DNA of 33,909 nt from Bipalium vagum (taxonomy: Eukaryota). The DNA lies in the NCBI GenBank assembly GCA_037834085.1, contig JBBMKC010220573.1, positions 1 through 33,909 of the forward strand, given 5' to 3'. A program made the translations under genes and the position numbers. Shown here piece by piece: positions 22,871 through 33,909 of the stretch; the stretch's first letter is position 1; every line of letters begins with the position of its first letter. Below the pieces are notes generated by a model. It saw only the letters and a list, made by a program, of their open reading frames with translations, was not told the DNA's origin and searched no databases.

Positions 22871-25089
22871 AAAAAATTTTTTTTACACCATCTTTTTTTA
22901 TATTTGAACTTTATTAAGTCACTCATTTTTATTTCATAAATATAAATATATAAATAAATATATAATTAATTTTTTATAATTTATATAAATATTAATATAT
23001 ATAATTTCCAAATTATTTTATTAATAATTTCAATCCTATCGCAAAAATAATAAAATTATAATATTATTAATTATATAATAATATTTTAAAATTATATTAT
23101 ATATTAAATCATTCGTTTTGTGGTACAAAAATAAAATTATGAAAGAAAACATCTGCTGACTTCGCTATTTATCATCCCATTTTGCAAATGAATATTTTTA
23201 ATTTTATATATTACAAAAAAAATAATGTGACTTCATTGAGAATAACAACAATATTTAAAATTTTCCCATTTTTCAATGTTACACATTTTCTAATAGAATC
23301 ACAATGATGCAGTAGGAATCATGTAATATTCCCCTATTCGTATCATGGGAAATGAATTTAATTAACAAACTACTAGCGGTATTAAATAACCAAAACATGA
23401 GTGGGGTAATACTAAGGAAACTCTGCATTTTAATGCTATTTTTCTGATACATAGTTCAATGAAAGTCGATGGAAAAGAGCAATAATAATATTGAACCTGC
23501 CCTATAACCGTTCCCTAATACGGAAGATTCATGTAGCTGTATGGTTGCTAAGCCTGAGCAACTTGCTTCATCAGCTCCTGTATGATGACGACGACGACAA
23601 TGATGCTGCTGATGCTGATGACAGACAACTGGGAATTAGGAGTAGAACTGATTTCAAAGGACAGAACGAAAATGAGGTCATTATTTTATAGGATTATTAT
23701 GAATGCAGTATGCTATGGATATTTTATCAAATGGCAAGAGGATTAAAAGAAAATTGATCTCCTCGTAGAGAATAATTTGAAAGCTTGAAAAATGTGAAAA
23801 GATATATTATTTTAATTTCATGATTAATAATCTCCCGATTTAAAAGCCAGAATATAGGCAATAATTATTATTTATTTATTTCATTATATTTTTTTTACGA
23901 GGTTTCTAGAAATATTTGACAATCACTCGATACGATGTCAAAAGGCGAAGGTCAGTCGTTCTTTCGTCTGGAGTACAACAGTAAAATTTTTTTGACTGAC
24001 ACAATCTAAAAGGCACGATTTAATACGTGTCAAATAAAATCTCTAAAATATAAATTAAATAATTTTTTATGCTGAGTAATTTTATGAATTCTTGATTTGA
24101 TTTTTAAAAATTTTTTTTTCATTATATAAAAAAATATCGGCAAAAAAAATTATTAATTAAAAATTAAATTTTATTTTAAATAACTATCTATCTTTACCCC
24201 TTTTCTCATATGACTTCAACTAACTGGGTATGTATAAAATTTTTAAAAAAATTTTCAATTATTCATAATATCCAAATGATAATCTTATTTCTTTCAACCA
24301 TATATTGAGAATCTTCCTATGAAGAGTGAGATAGTAGATAATAATATTATTATTAACAAAATATTAATTAATAGTGGTATGATTGCCAGCCATAGCATTA
24401 TTTAAGGGCAGTATCAGCTGCAGAAAAATTGCAATCTCCCTTGAAGATGTCTAAAAATAATCATACTTTTGCCCAAATAGACGTTTTATTTTTATTAATG
24501 TCTATAGGTTAAAATTTCAGAAGTTCAAGACTTTTTTAATAATTTAATTTTCTGACATCACATTCAAACAAATTTATCAAATCATAAGAGTTCTATTATT
24601 AAATATTAATAAATACATTTAAATTCTAAATATATATAGGGTGTTAGTTAAATATGGGGCAAAAAATTAGGAATGATTTCTTGCATTATTATATGAATAA
24701 TTATATAATAACACCTTTTTAGGTCTTCTCGTTTCAAAGATACACATTTAAAGATTTTCAAAACACAATTAATTTCAATACGCATAATATTTATTTACAT
24801 TTACTTATTTTCAGGAACTTTTGAAAATGATCTCCACCAGCTAATATGCAGGAATCCAATCTTCTCATCATTGAATAACACATTCTTTCGAAAACAGCAG
24901 GAATGTTCCTTATGGAATTGCATCAATTGACTATCCGAATCCTTAAGTCATTTTCATTTTCCATTAGCATTTTATAAATTAACGATTTTAAATAGCCCCA
25001 TAAAAAATTATTCAACGGGATTTAAGTCTGGAGATCGAGCAGGCCATGCATGCGCAATCATGATTGTGAGATTTATTGAAAATTAGTCG

Positions 25090-25137
25090 GGGGATGTAGC
25101 TCAGCAGTTAGATAAGTGCATGCGCATGTGAAAGGTC
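25090..25137 (+). tRNA. 5' 48 nt of a degenerate tRNA-Ala(CGC)-like gene (pseudogene, split)
   Basis: GGGGATGTAGCTCAGCAGTTAGATAAGTGCATGCGCATGTGAAAGGTC: Ala acceptor 5' strand, A-box, CGC at 25123-25125 and AGGTC variable loop. Confidence 0.75.
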
Positions 25138-26112
25138 AAACCGAAAGAAGCCAAATTGATTTCGAAAATAATCCATAATTTTATCAATCTTTCATGGAAC
25201 TTCAATTAGAATAATCAATCAGTGCTGGTTGCTTCGAATTTTCAATTGCTCAATCATCTATCTTTACAAGGCCTATATTTGATGGAGAAATATTAATCTC
25301 TTCAGAACTAGATTGTATTCTATTCAGATCAATGCTCGACACGGCTCACCATTCAAAGGAAGCCGAAGATGTGATGAACCAGAGGAGACTCTGTCCCATG
25401 TTCTGGTGGTTGTAATCAATCGAGAATATTTCAAAACTGTCGTCACAATACCATCCAAGATTATCTCGCCGAAAAAATCAAAGCAAACACTACAGCTAAA
25501 GTATTTTTTCAACACAGAGACCCAATATATCAACTCTTCGCAACGAGTAGATCTAAAAATAGAATTTACCAATCAAAAATATCTTCTCATAGACGCAAAA
25601 TGTTATTTTGAGACTGAAAACATGTTTTGGAATCATGAAAATTATATCAGGCATTATGAAGATCTGTTAAATAAAAATAAAGAAAATTTACCACAATGGA
25701 CTATAATTATGGATATATTTGCCTTTGGATGTTTGGGATCATAGCAAACACGGAATGACGATATTCTCAAAAGCCTACAGTTTTCAAAGCGAAAATCAAC
25801 CGAAATCGAAAAATAATGCGTATCTTCAAACATCAAGTGAAGTGCAAGTCAGTGGAACTTTCATGGAAATGTCGGAAAGCTATCGATGAATCTTTCTGAA
25901 CTAAACGACATAGCTAATTATGATTCATATAGCCAGGAAAAAGAAGAGAAATCTAACTGACCGTGATGAAGAATTAATATAAAAATGTGACAACTGAAAA
26001 TTTTGTGAAAGCTCTTTTTATTTTATTTTTAAAAATGCCATACTAAGCTCACAGAAATGTGCTGATGATTTATGTGCATGTACATATAAAAACTTGCAAA
26101 AAATACCATTTT
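25138..26112 (+). mobile_element. 5'-truncated RLE-type non-LTR retrotransposon (NeSL/R2/R4-related), decayed
   Basis: Zinc-knuckle remnant RRCDEPEETLSHVL. Restriction-like endonuclease RVDL..LLIDAKCYFE..YEDL..FAFGCLGS* with TAG at the conserved W. Frame continues through further stops to about 25960, then a ~150-nt 3' UTR. Confidence 0.85.
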
Positions 26113-26137
26113 GCTCGTTTGAATGCCGGTATCTCCG
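26113..26137 (+). tRNA. 3' 25 nt of the same tRNA-Ala-like gene
   Basis: GCTCGTTTGAATGCCGGTATCTCCG: B-box GTTTGAAT (from GTTCGAAT), and TATCTCC pairs with GGGGATG including G3:U70. TTTT at 26143-26146. Confidence 0.7.
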
Positions 26138-27127
26138 AATAATTTTCAAAAATGATATTTTAAATTTAGTGACCCACGAACATGTCTACTAAAATCTGCT
26201 GGTGCTCCATCATGCATGAACCTCATGAATTTTCTCATTGCCAACGATATATCCTCAATCAACTCAGGTAGCCTATCTTCCAATGAACTGCGGTATAATT
26301 CAGGAGTAAGTGTTCCTGGTAGGATTACAGGTCTGATTAAAAAATCACCCACAACTCAAACTCAAACGTTCAGTGAAAACTTATATTGGAAATAATCTTC
26401 ACGTGTCTCATATGGATTTTCTTCCGGTCATACATTATTATAATAGAAATTTATTTTTGAGAAACTTTCTTCATCGGTAAACAAAATTAGACTCATTAGC
26501 TGAGAATTTTGAGGCAATGTTTGTTTCAGCCATGGATAAAATTCTACTAGTATCTCTGTTAAGAAGTTCTTAAATGCGTTGAATTTTGTATTCGAAAAAC
26601 ATTCATTGTCTCAACATTTTCCAGTCTTATTACCTACATTCAAGGCGTTTGCTATTATTCTAATTGAAGTGAGTGAATCTTCATCTATAATATCACACAT
26701 CTTCAATTTCTATTATTCTTTTTGTTTCGTGAAGATACCAATGAATTCTTTCAAATGTTTTCATATCAGGAAGATGACTTTTTGAAAATCGCTCAACGTA
26801 CAACTCCTTATCCTTTAAAGAATTCTCATTCGCTAACTCATATTAAAAATACATGTCCATCCTTTTGACGTTTGTATAAAGATTCGTGATGAGATTTAGA
26901 CGTATTCTGAGTATTTATTTTATATACATCTACAGATTAATTTTAAATAAGCCTTACTTTTAGAATATTTAAACAAAAATTACTGTTTTTTGATGATACT
27001 AAAGATTTCATCTATGCATTTCCAAATTCATATTGGAAAGGTGTTATGATGTATTTATATATATAAACACCCAAGGAACAAATCCTTAAATTTTTGGCTC
27101 ATGTTTAACTAACACACTATATATATA

Positions 27128-27560
27128 TAGGTTGCGTGAAAAGTTATAAAAACCACAAGTATTAAACAATTTAACAAACAGTATTCCTATTCTATTTTAA
27201 TATAACATTTAAAATTTGTTTGAACCAATCACTTTGTTACTGTTTAGCAAATGTTTGAATTTGATTTGTCATTTATTATTTTTAATATGGAAGAAATTGA
27301 ATATAGTGAAGTCATCATATTTTTGTTCGGAAGGATTAACTGCACCAGAAATTCACAGTAAAATGGTTAAAATATTTTAGAGATCTGAACCCTCATTTTC
27401 TACTGTCCATCAATGGGTTTTGGAGTTCAAATGCCGTCAATTAAATATAGAAGATGATACACGCAGCTGATGTCCTAAAATACCACTAAATTGGAAATCA
27501 TTGAACGAATACATGGAATTTTACAGAGTATGAATAAAGTAAGTATCCGATTTTAAAATG
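27128..27560 (+). mobile_element. 5' half of a mariner related to the 21371-22340 copy
   Basis: MEEIEYSEVIIFL/EGLTAPEIHSKMVKIF/FSTVHQWVLEFKCRQLNIEDDTRS*CPK helix-turn-helix region. Confidence 0.75.
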
Positions 27561-27659
27561 CAGTACCTTAAAATATATTCAACATAAAACTGAAAGGTTT
27601 TGACAAAGTAACATTTATTTATTTAAGAATGACCACTAAATTTAATACATTTATTTAAG

Positions 27660-28207
27660 TGATTATAAAAGTTTTTCATTACATTTGAAAAAACTTTGGT
27701 GATATTCTGACTGCATCCATGAATAATATCTTTCAGATCTTGGATATATTTTGAACTTCTTCCAAATACCTGTGACTTCAGATGTTTCAAATTCTTTTAT
27801 ATAAATTTATTTATTTTGCATATTTTTTCATTTTCAATTTATGGACTTCCAAACTTCAAAATATTAGATCAGTCTCTTTGAACTTTGCAAATATTTCTAA
27901 TCTTTAGCATCGTTGCAATTTTCCGAACCGTATTCAATGGGTTCCTTTCGATAATATACTCAATAGCTTTTGCATCAATTTGAGATGGGAGTCCGGAGCA
28001 GGATGCACATTGTTCATATCAAATTCTCCACAACTGATTTTGTCGAACAATTTTTGCCATAATTGTATTGATAAAGCATCGTATCCATATACTTTACATA
28101 TTTTCCTGTGTATCCGAACCTCGTTTACCTTTTTAAAATCAATATTCCAAATTCCATATTAACAAATTCCAATATTAAAAAACGCACGAACTTTCTTTCC
28201 AACCCAA
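27660..28207 (-). mobile_element. Deleted mariner on the minus strand
   Basis: Classic mariner terminus TA-ttgggttggaaagaaagttcgtgcgtttt on the minus strand at 28207. Remnants HRKICKVYGYDALSIQLWQKLFDKISCGEFDM and SGLPSQIDAKAIEYIIERNPLNTVRKIATML. Confidence 0.75.
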
Positions 28208-28499
28208 TATTTATTATATTTATTTATAATTTTAATCAAGTTTTTGCTGACCCTGAATTTTACTTGAAATCTGAATTTTATTTAAGTTCTTTTTTCTATT
28301 TTTATTGCAATTCTCGTGATTATGAACTTTAGATTTAGTTCCTCGATTTGATATTTTTACTGCAGGAATTCCGTAAACTTCTTAATACTGAAAATTAAAT
28401 AAATGGTCATTTGACAGAGGTTAATTTACGATCAACATTGTTATTATTTTAAAAATTCATTGTAAACATTTTATTTTAGTAAAAATAAATATTTTTAAA

Positions 28500-28790
28500 A
28501 TGTCTGTTTCATATCTGCTATGTGAATGATCTTACAAAGGTATACTTATTTAATATGAAAGAGATTACGTTTCGAAACTTAGCAAAAAGCTAACGATCAG
28601 GGTATTAGATAGGCTATCCTCAATCGAATTGAAATATTTATTCATAAATATATCACAGAAAATAAATATAAAAAATTGAATTTTCTCTTTCCAGGAAAAA
28701 TGCCATTGGATTTTAATAGATATGTTCATGGTGTATTCCTAATATTCAAGAAGGAAGAAGACAGTCATATCAAATTATTAGTAAAAAAAG
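28500..28790 (+). mobile_element. Second Penelope-like reverse transcriptase fragment
   Basis: PLDFNRYVHGVFLIFKKEED (decayed RYVDD). 28733-28758 is 25/26 identical to 21177-21202. Confidence 0.65.
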
Positions 28791-30719
28791 AAAAAGAAAA
28801 AAATTAAAATTTTTTAATGTATTGATAATTTAAAAATTAGAAAACAAATTAACAAAAATTACAGAAAGGAAATAAAAAGTATTAGATTTTATAAAATATG
28901 AGGATATTCAATTTAAATTAACTAAGATAACACTATTTAAAAATATAAAGAGTGTGTAATAAGTAAGGATCAGATTTTAAAGGAACTAAAAATATATTGT
29001 TAAATGTTTTGCAACATATTTTATTTTTTATAAAAATAGGATTTGTGAAATTTTATGTAAATGTTTAATTGTTTTAATGTGGTAATATAATCTGAATTAG
29101 ATACATCAAATTCAATGTTAGATTTTTACAATTTGGACTAATGTCCAATGTTTACAGCAAGCTTTAGTTTATCTTCCTTGGTTTTAGAAAACTTCAAATA
29201 ATAACAAAGAAAGGTTTCAGTTTGTTCTAATTACTAATATTGAAATGTAGGAACTGAAAAACAATAAAACATTTTATTATATGATCACTTATTGTCGACT
29301 GTCAGGACTAGTCACTACACAGATTTTATTTAAGTTGAAATTTGATTGAAATGTCATAGGTCATTTTTTTAAAATATATTAATTTAAACTTTGAATATTT
29401 AATTGTAAATATCCAACTCTCTTTCCAGCCTATCAAATGGTTACAGTTTTCAGGTATTTCAAGGAAATTTGTTTCCACATCTCATGAGGTATAGAAAATT
29501 TAGTGTTTAAAGGAATTAATTATTTTGTTACTTCATTGGAATATTTGAATTTGTTGCACATGAAAAATATATTTCATGTTTTTTTAAGTTCCGTTTATTA
29601 ATTTTTTATACTTTATGATTTTTCTTTTAGAAAAGAATTTTTTAGGAATTATAAAATTAACTTTATAAAACTTTGATTACCGAGAATGAGATAAAGCATC
29701 ATTTAATCAATAAGTGATAAATATCAAATTATACAATAAAATAAAAATTAAAAAAACAATAATTAATGAAATTTAGAAACTTCCAATAAAATTAGATCGA
29801 AATCAGTATCGACTCTTAACATCTTTAGATTTTAATTTTAAGTGAAAAGTACAATCGTTAATGAAAGGTAAGACTAAAATTATTTTAGTAAACAATATTT
29901 AGATTTCAAGCACTAGAAATTCTCTTGATATCTTTATATGACATAGATCTGTTAATAATTTTTTCTTTATTTTGGAACTGGGTAATGAGAATGGTTTTCT
30001 TCATAAGTCTGGGTTGGACTTATATTTTTGTTTCCTAGTTCATATGAAATAAATGTCTTCATCTATTAATCATTATTGTGGTTAGTTGATATTTCTTGTT
30101 GAAGATAATTTCAGTGACATTCCATGATTCAATTAATATTTAACTTAACTAAATAGCCCTTAAATTTATTTCAATAAAAGAAAATACAGAAAACGTTTTG
30201 AATAATAGTAGTAAATTATTGATTAAGCGGATAATTTAAAACAAATACTTATTCGATGGCATAAATCAAATCAAATTCGGAAAATTCTCAATCCATATAA
30301 TCAGGATAATTTTAAAAATACAGTGATATATCTGTGATTTCTCATGTTATTGTTGAAATTCTTATTGATTTATAATCTTGGTTCGACCTTGGAATTGGTA
30401 AAGAATTGAACTAAAGACAGTTCAAACTAAAGACAGTAGAAAGTAATGGATAAATTAATCGTTGCTTAAAGTAATATATTACCTCTTTTATAGAGTGAAT
30501 ATATTATATAAAGAAAGATTTTTTAATTAAAAAAAGAATATTCGATAATTTTTTATCTTTTCTAAAATAATTTTAAAAAATTTTAATTACAACTTAAAAT
30601 ATTCATTTTCATGAATGATTACATTTAAGTTTGTTGGGTTTTTACTCATTTAAAAAAGTATAATAATATATATATCTCTTTTAAATATAATAAATAAATA
30701 TATGATGAATAATAGTTCC

Positions 30720-31500
30720 TGTAGAGGAAAAATTATTTTCCGTTCCTTTTTTACCGAATGGGGTCAGTAGAGTTTTATATATCACAGACAGGATTACTAA
30801 GAGATTTTTTGATTGGCAACTAATGTTGCGTAAATTAATTAATTATTCTTCTTTCTCTCTGACAGCAGTGACTGCCACGGTCTTCTTTGATGCCCTGTTA
30901 GGTAAATTGGCTCTCAGTTCTGGGAGAGCTTCGATTGGCTGTTGTGTACCATGTATATGGACCTCTCATAGATGAGAACAGAATGGAAAATTTCATAGTG
31001 ATATCATAAAACAAATTTTAAAAAGTTTCATTGTGAGTGACCAAAACCCATTCAATATCAATGAAATATATAGTAATTATGAATTGATTGGTTGTCATGT
31101 CGAGTTCCGCTGGACTCCACTGCTGGAAATCGATCTGTTTTGGGACTCGTAGATGATACAGGAACCAAAAAGATTAGTCGAGTTCGTGACTGTTCCATTT
31201 CTATTATTTTTTATATTTTATTTTTCATTTTAATTCATAATATTATAATTTAGCTTACCATTAATTTAGCTTAATTAGTTTCTTACCGTTATTGATTAAG
31301 ATTATTTTATTATTAAAGGCTGCGTTCATTTCTAATCATTATCATTTTCTTTTTATTATAATTATCAATATTTTTGGTGGTGTATTATCGGAATTTGATT
31401 GTAATATGCGGACAGGACACAGTTGACGTTATCTTATTATGATTATGTGTGTTGTGAGAGTAATTCAAAGGGGATATCAGTATTGATCATGAGATTCGGA
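30720..31500 (+). repeat. Dispersed LTR-like repeat, copy B (inverted relative to copy A)
   Basis: Colinear homology with the reverse complement of 17400-18320; ATTGG followed by a TATA-like element in both copies. Confidence 0.6.
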
Positions 31501-32446
31501 GTGATTATTATTGACAGTTTTCGTGATTCATAGTTGATGTTCAATAAATATTATTTTTGTTGTTATATTTCTTTACTCATAGGATTATTGTAGTACTTAA
31601 CCATAATAAAAGATAGGAAATCATATAAGCGTAGCTAGTTAATATTAAAATATTACCGATTTTTAAAAAATGAAACAAGTTAATTGATCCCAGAATAATG
31701 AACATAATGAACAGTAACGAATAATATTTTATTTTCAAATGATTTATTTTTATAAATTAGAAATATTAAGACTGGGTAACAATGATGTGAAAGGACCAAA
31801 ACATGAATCACAGTAGTTTATAACAAATAAAATTATTAATTTAAAAAAAACATTTTTTAGTTCAATTATTTAATAAGTAGGAATCTGCGTCGTGCAATTA
31901 TGTTCACAACATAATTCATAATATTGTATTGAAGTGTTTTCTGGATACACGTTATAAATAAAAAAGGAATACACGTTCTATTTAGATAAAAGCTCCGAAT
32001 TGGTAAAATAAACCATTTGGAATTTAGAGAACTATTTTTAAATTGAGATTACAAGAAATAAGAGAAAAAGATGGAAATTATTAAACCTTTCTTTAATCAC
32101 AGATCCCAAGTATAGTCCTGAAGTGTGAAAGACAGGTCTAGTTAGAAGAAAAATAGAAGAACTTTATAATTAGTATTAAAAAGAAAGTGCGTTTTATAAA
32201 CCCTTTGACGACTAATGTTAAGTTAGGAATGTTTAAAAAGATGTTAAATTACTATATATCTCCATAAAGAGAACAAGAAAATAATGGAGATTTTAAACAA
32301 ATATGAATATAAGTATTATTATACATATTATTATATTATATTATTGTACGTATTTGTTGACTTCAAATCACAAATACCTATACAAAATTTTTTGTAGAAA
32401 AAATTTGATTTGGAAAAATATAAAAAGTATTGACTTTACCTAAAAC

Positions 32447-32479
<33 letters not shown>
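32447..32479. repeat. (AAT)11 microsatellite
   Basis: Read directly from the sequence. Confidence 0.95.
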
Positions 32480-33151
32480 TTAAAAACTATAAATTAATCA
32501 ATTAAATCTAATTAAATATTTTAATTAAAATTTGTTAAAAAAATTTATAATAATATTAATTATTTTTATAATATATATTTTTTATTTATAAATTATGACT
32601 GGAAATTATTAATATAATCTTTTCATAATTTTTCCTGAAAATAATATTTTTACTATATAGATTATCATTATTATTGGTATTATACGAATTATAATTATTA
32701 CTATCATTCTATAATTATGATTATTATTAATACCAATCAGGGAAATTTCCTTGTGTTCTTCTTATTTCTGCCGCCAATCAAACAGCAGATTTCCTTGGCA
32801 AGGCTTCACCCACTTTGATCTACAATTACAAAAGCAGCATCACCAGCATCAGCAGCTACCACAGAAAAACAATGCCTTACTTTCATGACAGAATGAGAAA
32901 GGGGAAACAATTTACAAGAAAATTGATTCTCTGTGTTTTCATATGTTATTTTTCGGCAGAAAAGTGATGGGGAATATCATTCTCCCAATGCTATTATTAA
33001 TGTTGTTAATGAAATTCGAGATCAGAAAATAAAGATGGGAAAATTGATAGTAGTAAATTAGGAAATGATCATTTATATGGGTTGCATGAAGCACGAAACG
33101 ATATCATTGTAAAATAATTAATGAATACAGCATTTCCTACAAGATTTTTCC

Positions 33152-33184
<33 letters not shown>

Positions 33185-33828
33185 ATAAATAGTAATAATA
33201 AAAATAATATAATCTTAATATAATTTTAAAAATAAAATATTAACTAATTTATTATTAAATATGAGTTTGTGGTAGAAATATTAATGAAATAATTAAAATA
33301 ACTGAATGACATCTCTTAATATTAATATCTCTTGGAAAGTATTAATATACTGCCTTCTTTTATTTTAACATATCATATAAATTGCTTTAAACGAAATAAT
33401 TATATATATAAATTTTTTAAAATTAAATTAATATTTCATTTATATTAATATTTACATTATTATTTCTCATTAATTTTAAATTTTAGGATATCTCAAAATC
33501 AAAAAAGAATATATTAAATTAACAAATAAAAAAATAAATTAAAAAGTGAATTAAATTAATAAATTAAAGAAATAAATTAAATAAATCATATTAACTAAAA
33601 ATATTTATTATTTATATTGAGAATGTTGAATAAAATAAATATTATAAGTAGTAGAATTATATCAGTTTAATTAGTTACATTAGTGGATATATATTTGTTT
33701 GTTAGCATATTTTTTATATTGTATATTTTATATATTAATAATATTGTAAAATAACAATATTAAATTAATATTCAGAATTTCATACTTTTCCCTGAATATT
33801 GCTTTATTATTTTTTGGTTTTAGAAATA

Positions 33829-33909
33829 CAGAGTGCGCCAAAAGTCCCTTCCTACCCATTTAATTAAAATAGAAGTCAAAACGTAATACATAAATAAAAA
33901 ATTTTATTA
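33829..33909. mobile_element. Probable terminus of a Tc1/mariner element running off the window
   Basis: TA-cagagtgcgccaaaagtccc resembles CAGnGTG-type TIR starts; partner TIR not in the window. Confidence 0.4.

Larger units (their letters stand above)
24637..27119 (-). mobile_element. DD41D (rosa/Visitor-type) Tc1-mariner transposon interrupted by a 1.09-kb insert
   Basis: TIRs tagggtgttagttaaatatggggcaaaaaattagga and the reverse complement tagtgtgttagttaaacatgagccaaaaatttaagga, both in TA runs. Minus-strand transposase: ILFTDEESF, RFMHDGAPADFSRHVRGSLNLKYH | insert | AHAWPARSPDLNP..FLWGYLKSLIY. Confidence 0.85.

Noticed and set aside
23491-23691. Asp-rich 66-aa ORF, and a minus-strand CTGATGA hammerhead candidate
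   Set aside because: The ORF is kept open by a triplet tract, and the CTGATGA hairpin is not followed by GAAA.
25090-25137. Reading the tRNA piece as a simple SINE head or a functional tRNA
   Set aside because: The B box and 3' acceptor strand lie 975 bp downstream, and the D and anticodon arms are mutated.
1-33909. Prokaryotic systems (CRISPR array, operon, prophage)
   Set aside because: No regularly spaced repeats, very low coding density and spliceosomal introns are present.

Overview
Very AT-rich eukaryotic genomic DNA with short (~47-60 nt) GT-AG introns and many decayed DNA transposons; the composition suggests a planarian-type flatworm, but that is inference only. The first 12 kb hold two head-to-head genes. 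One is an intronless neurotactin-like type II membrane pseudo-carboxylesterase (- strand, 2008-4086). The other is a 9-exon, ~650-aa multi-C2H2 zinc-finger gene (+ strand, 4400-12094) that the ORF track shows only in fragments. The remaining ~22 kb is a transposon graveyard: IS630/Tc1-like, maT/DD37D, mariner/DD34D, DD41D, hAT, Penelope-like and LTR-like remnants. The most striking structure is a three-level nest at 24.6-27.1 kb. A DD41D transposon is interrupted by a cassette containing a tRNA-Ala-like gene, flanked by inverted repeats and a 5-bp direct repeat. That tRNA is itself split at the variable-loop/T-arm junction by a 5'-truncated restriction-like-endonuclease (RLE) non-LTR retrotransposon, whose 3' UTR carries a decayed hammerhead-ribozyme-like fold. 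All calls were made by eye, without database searches.
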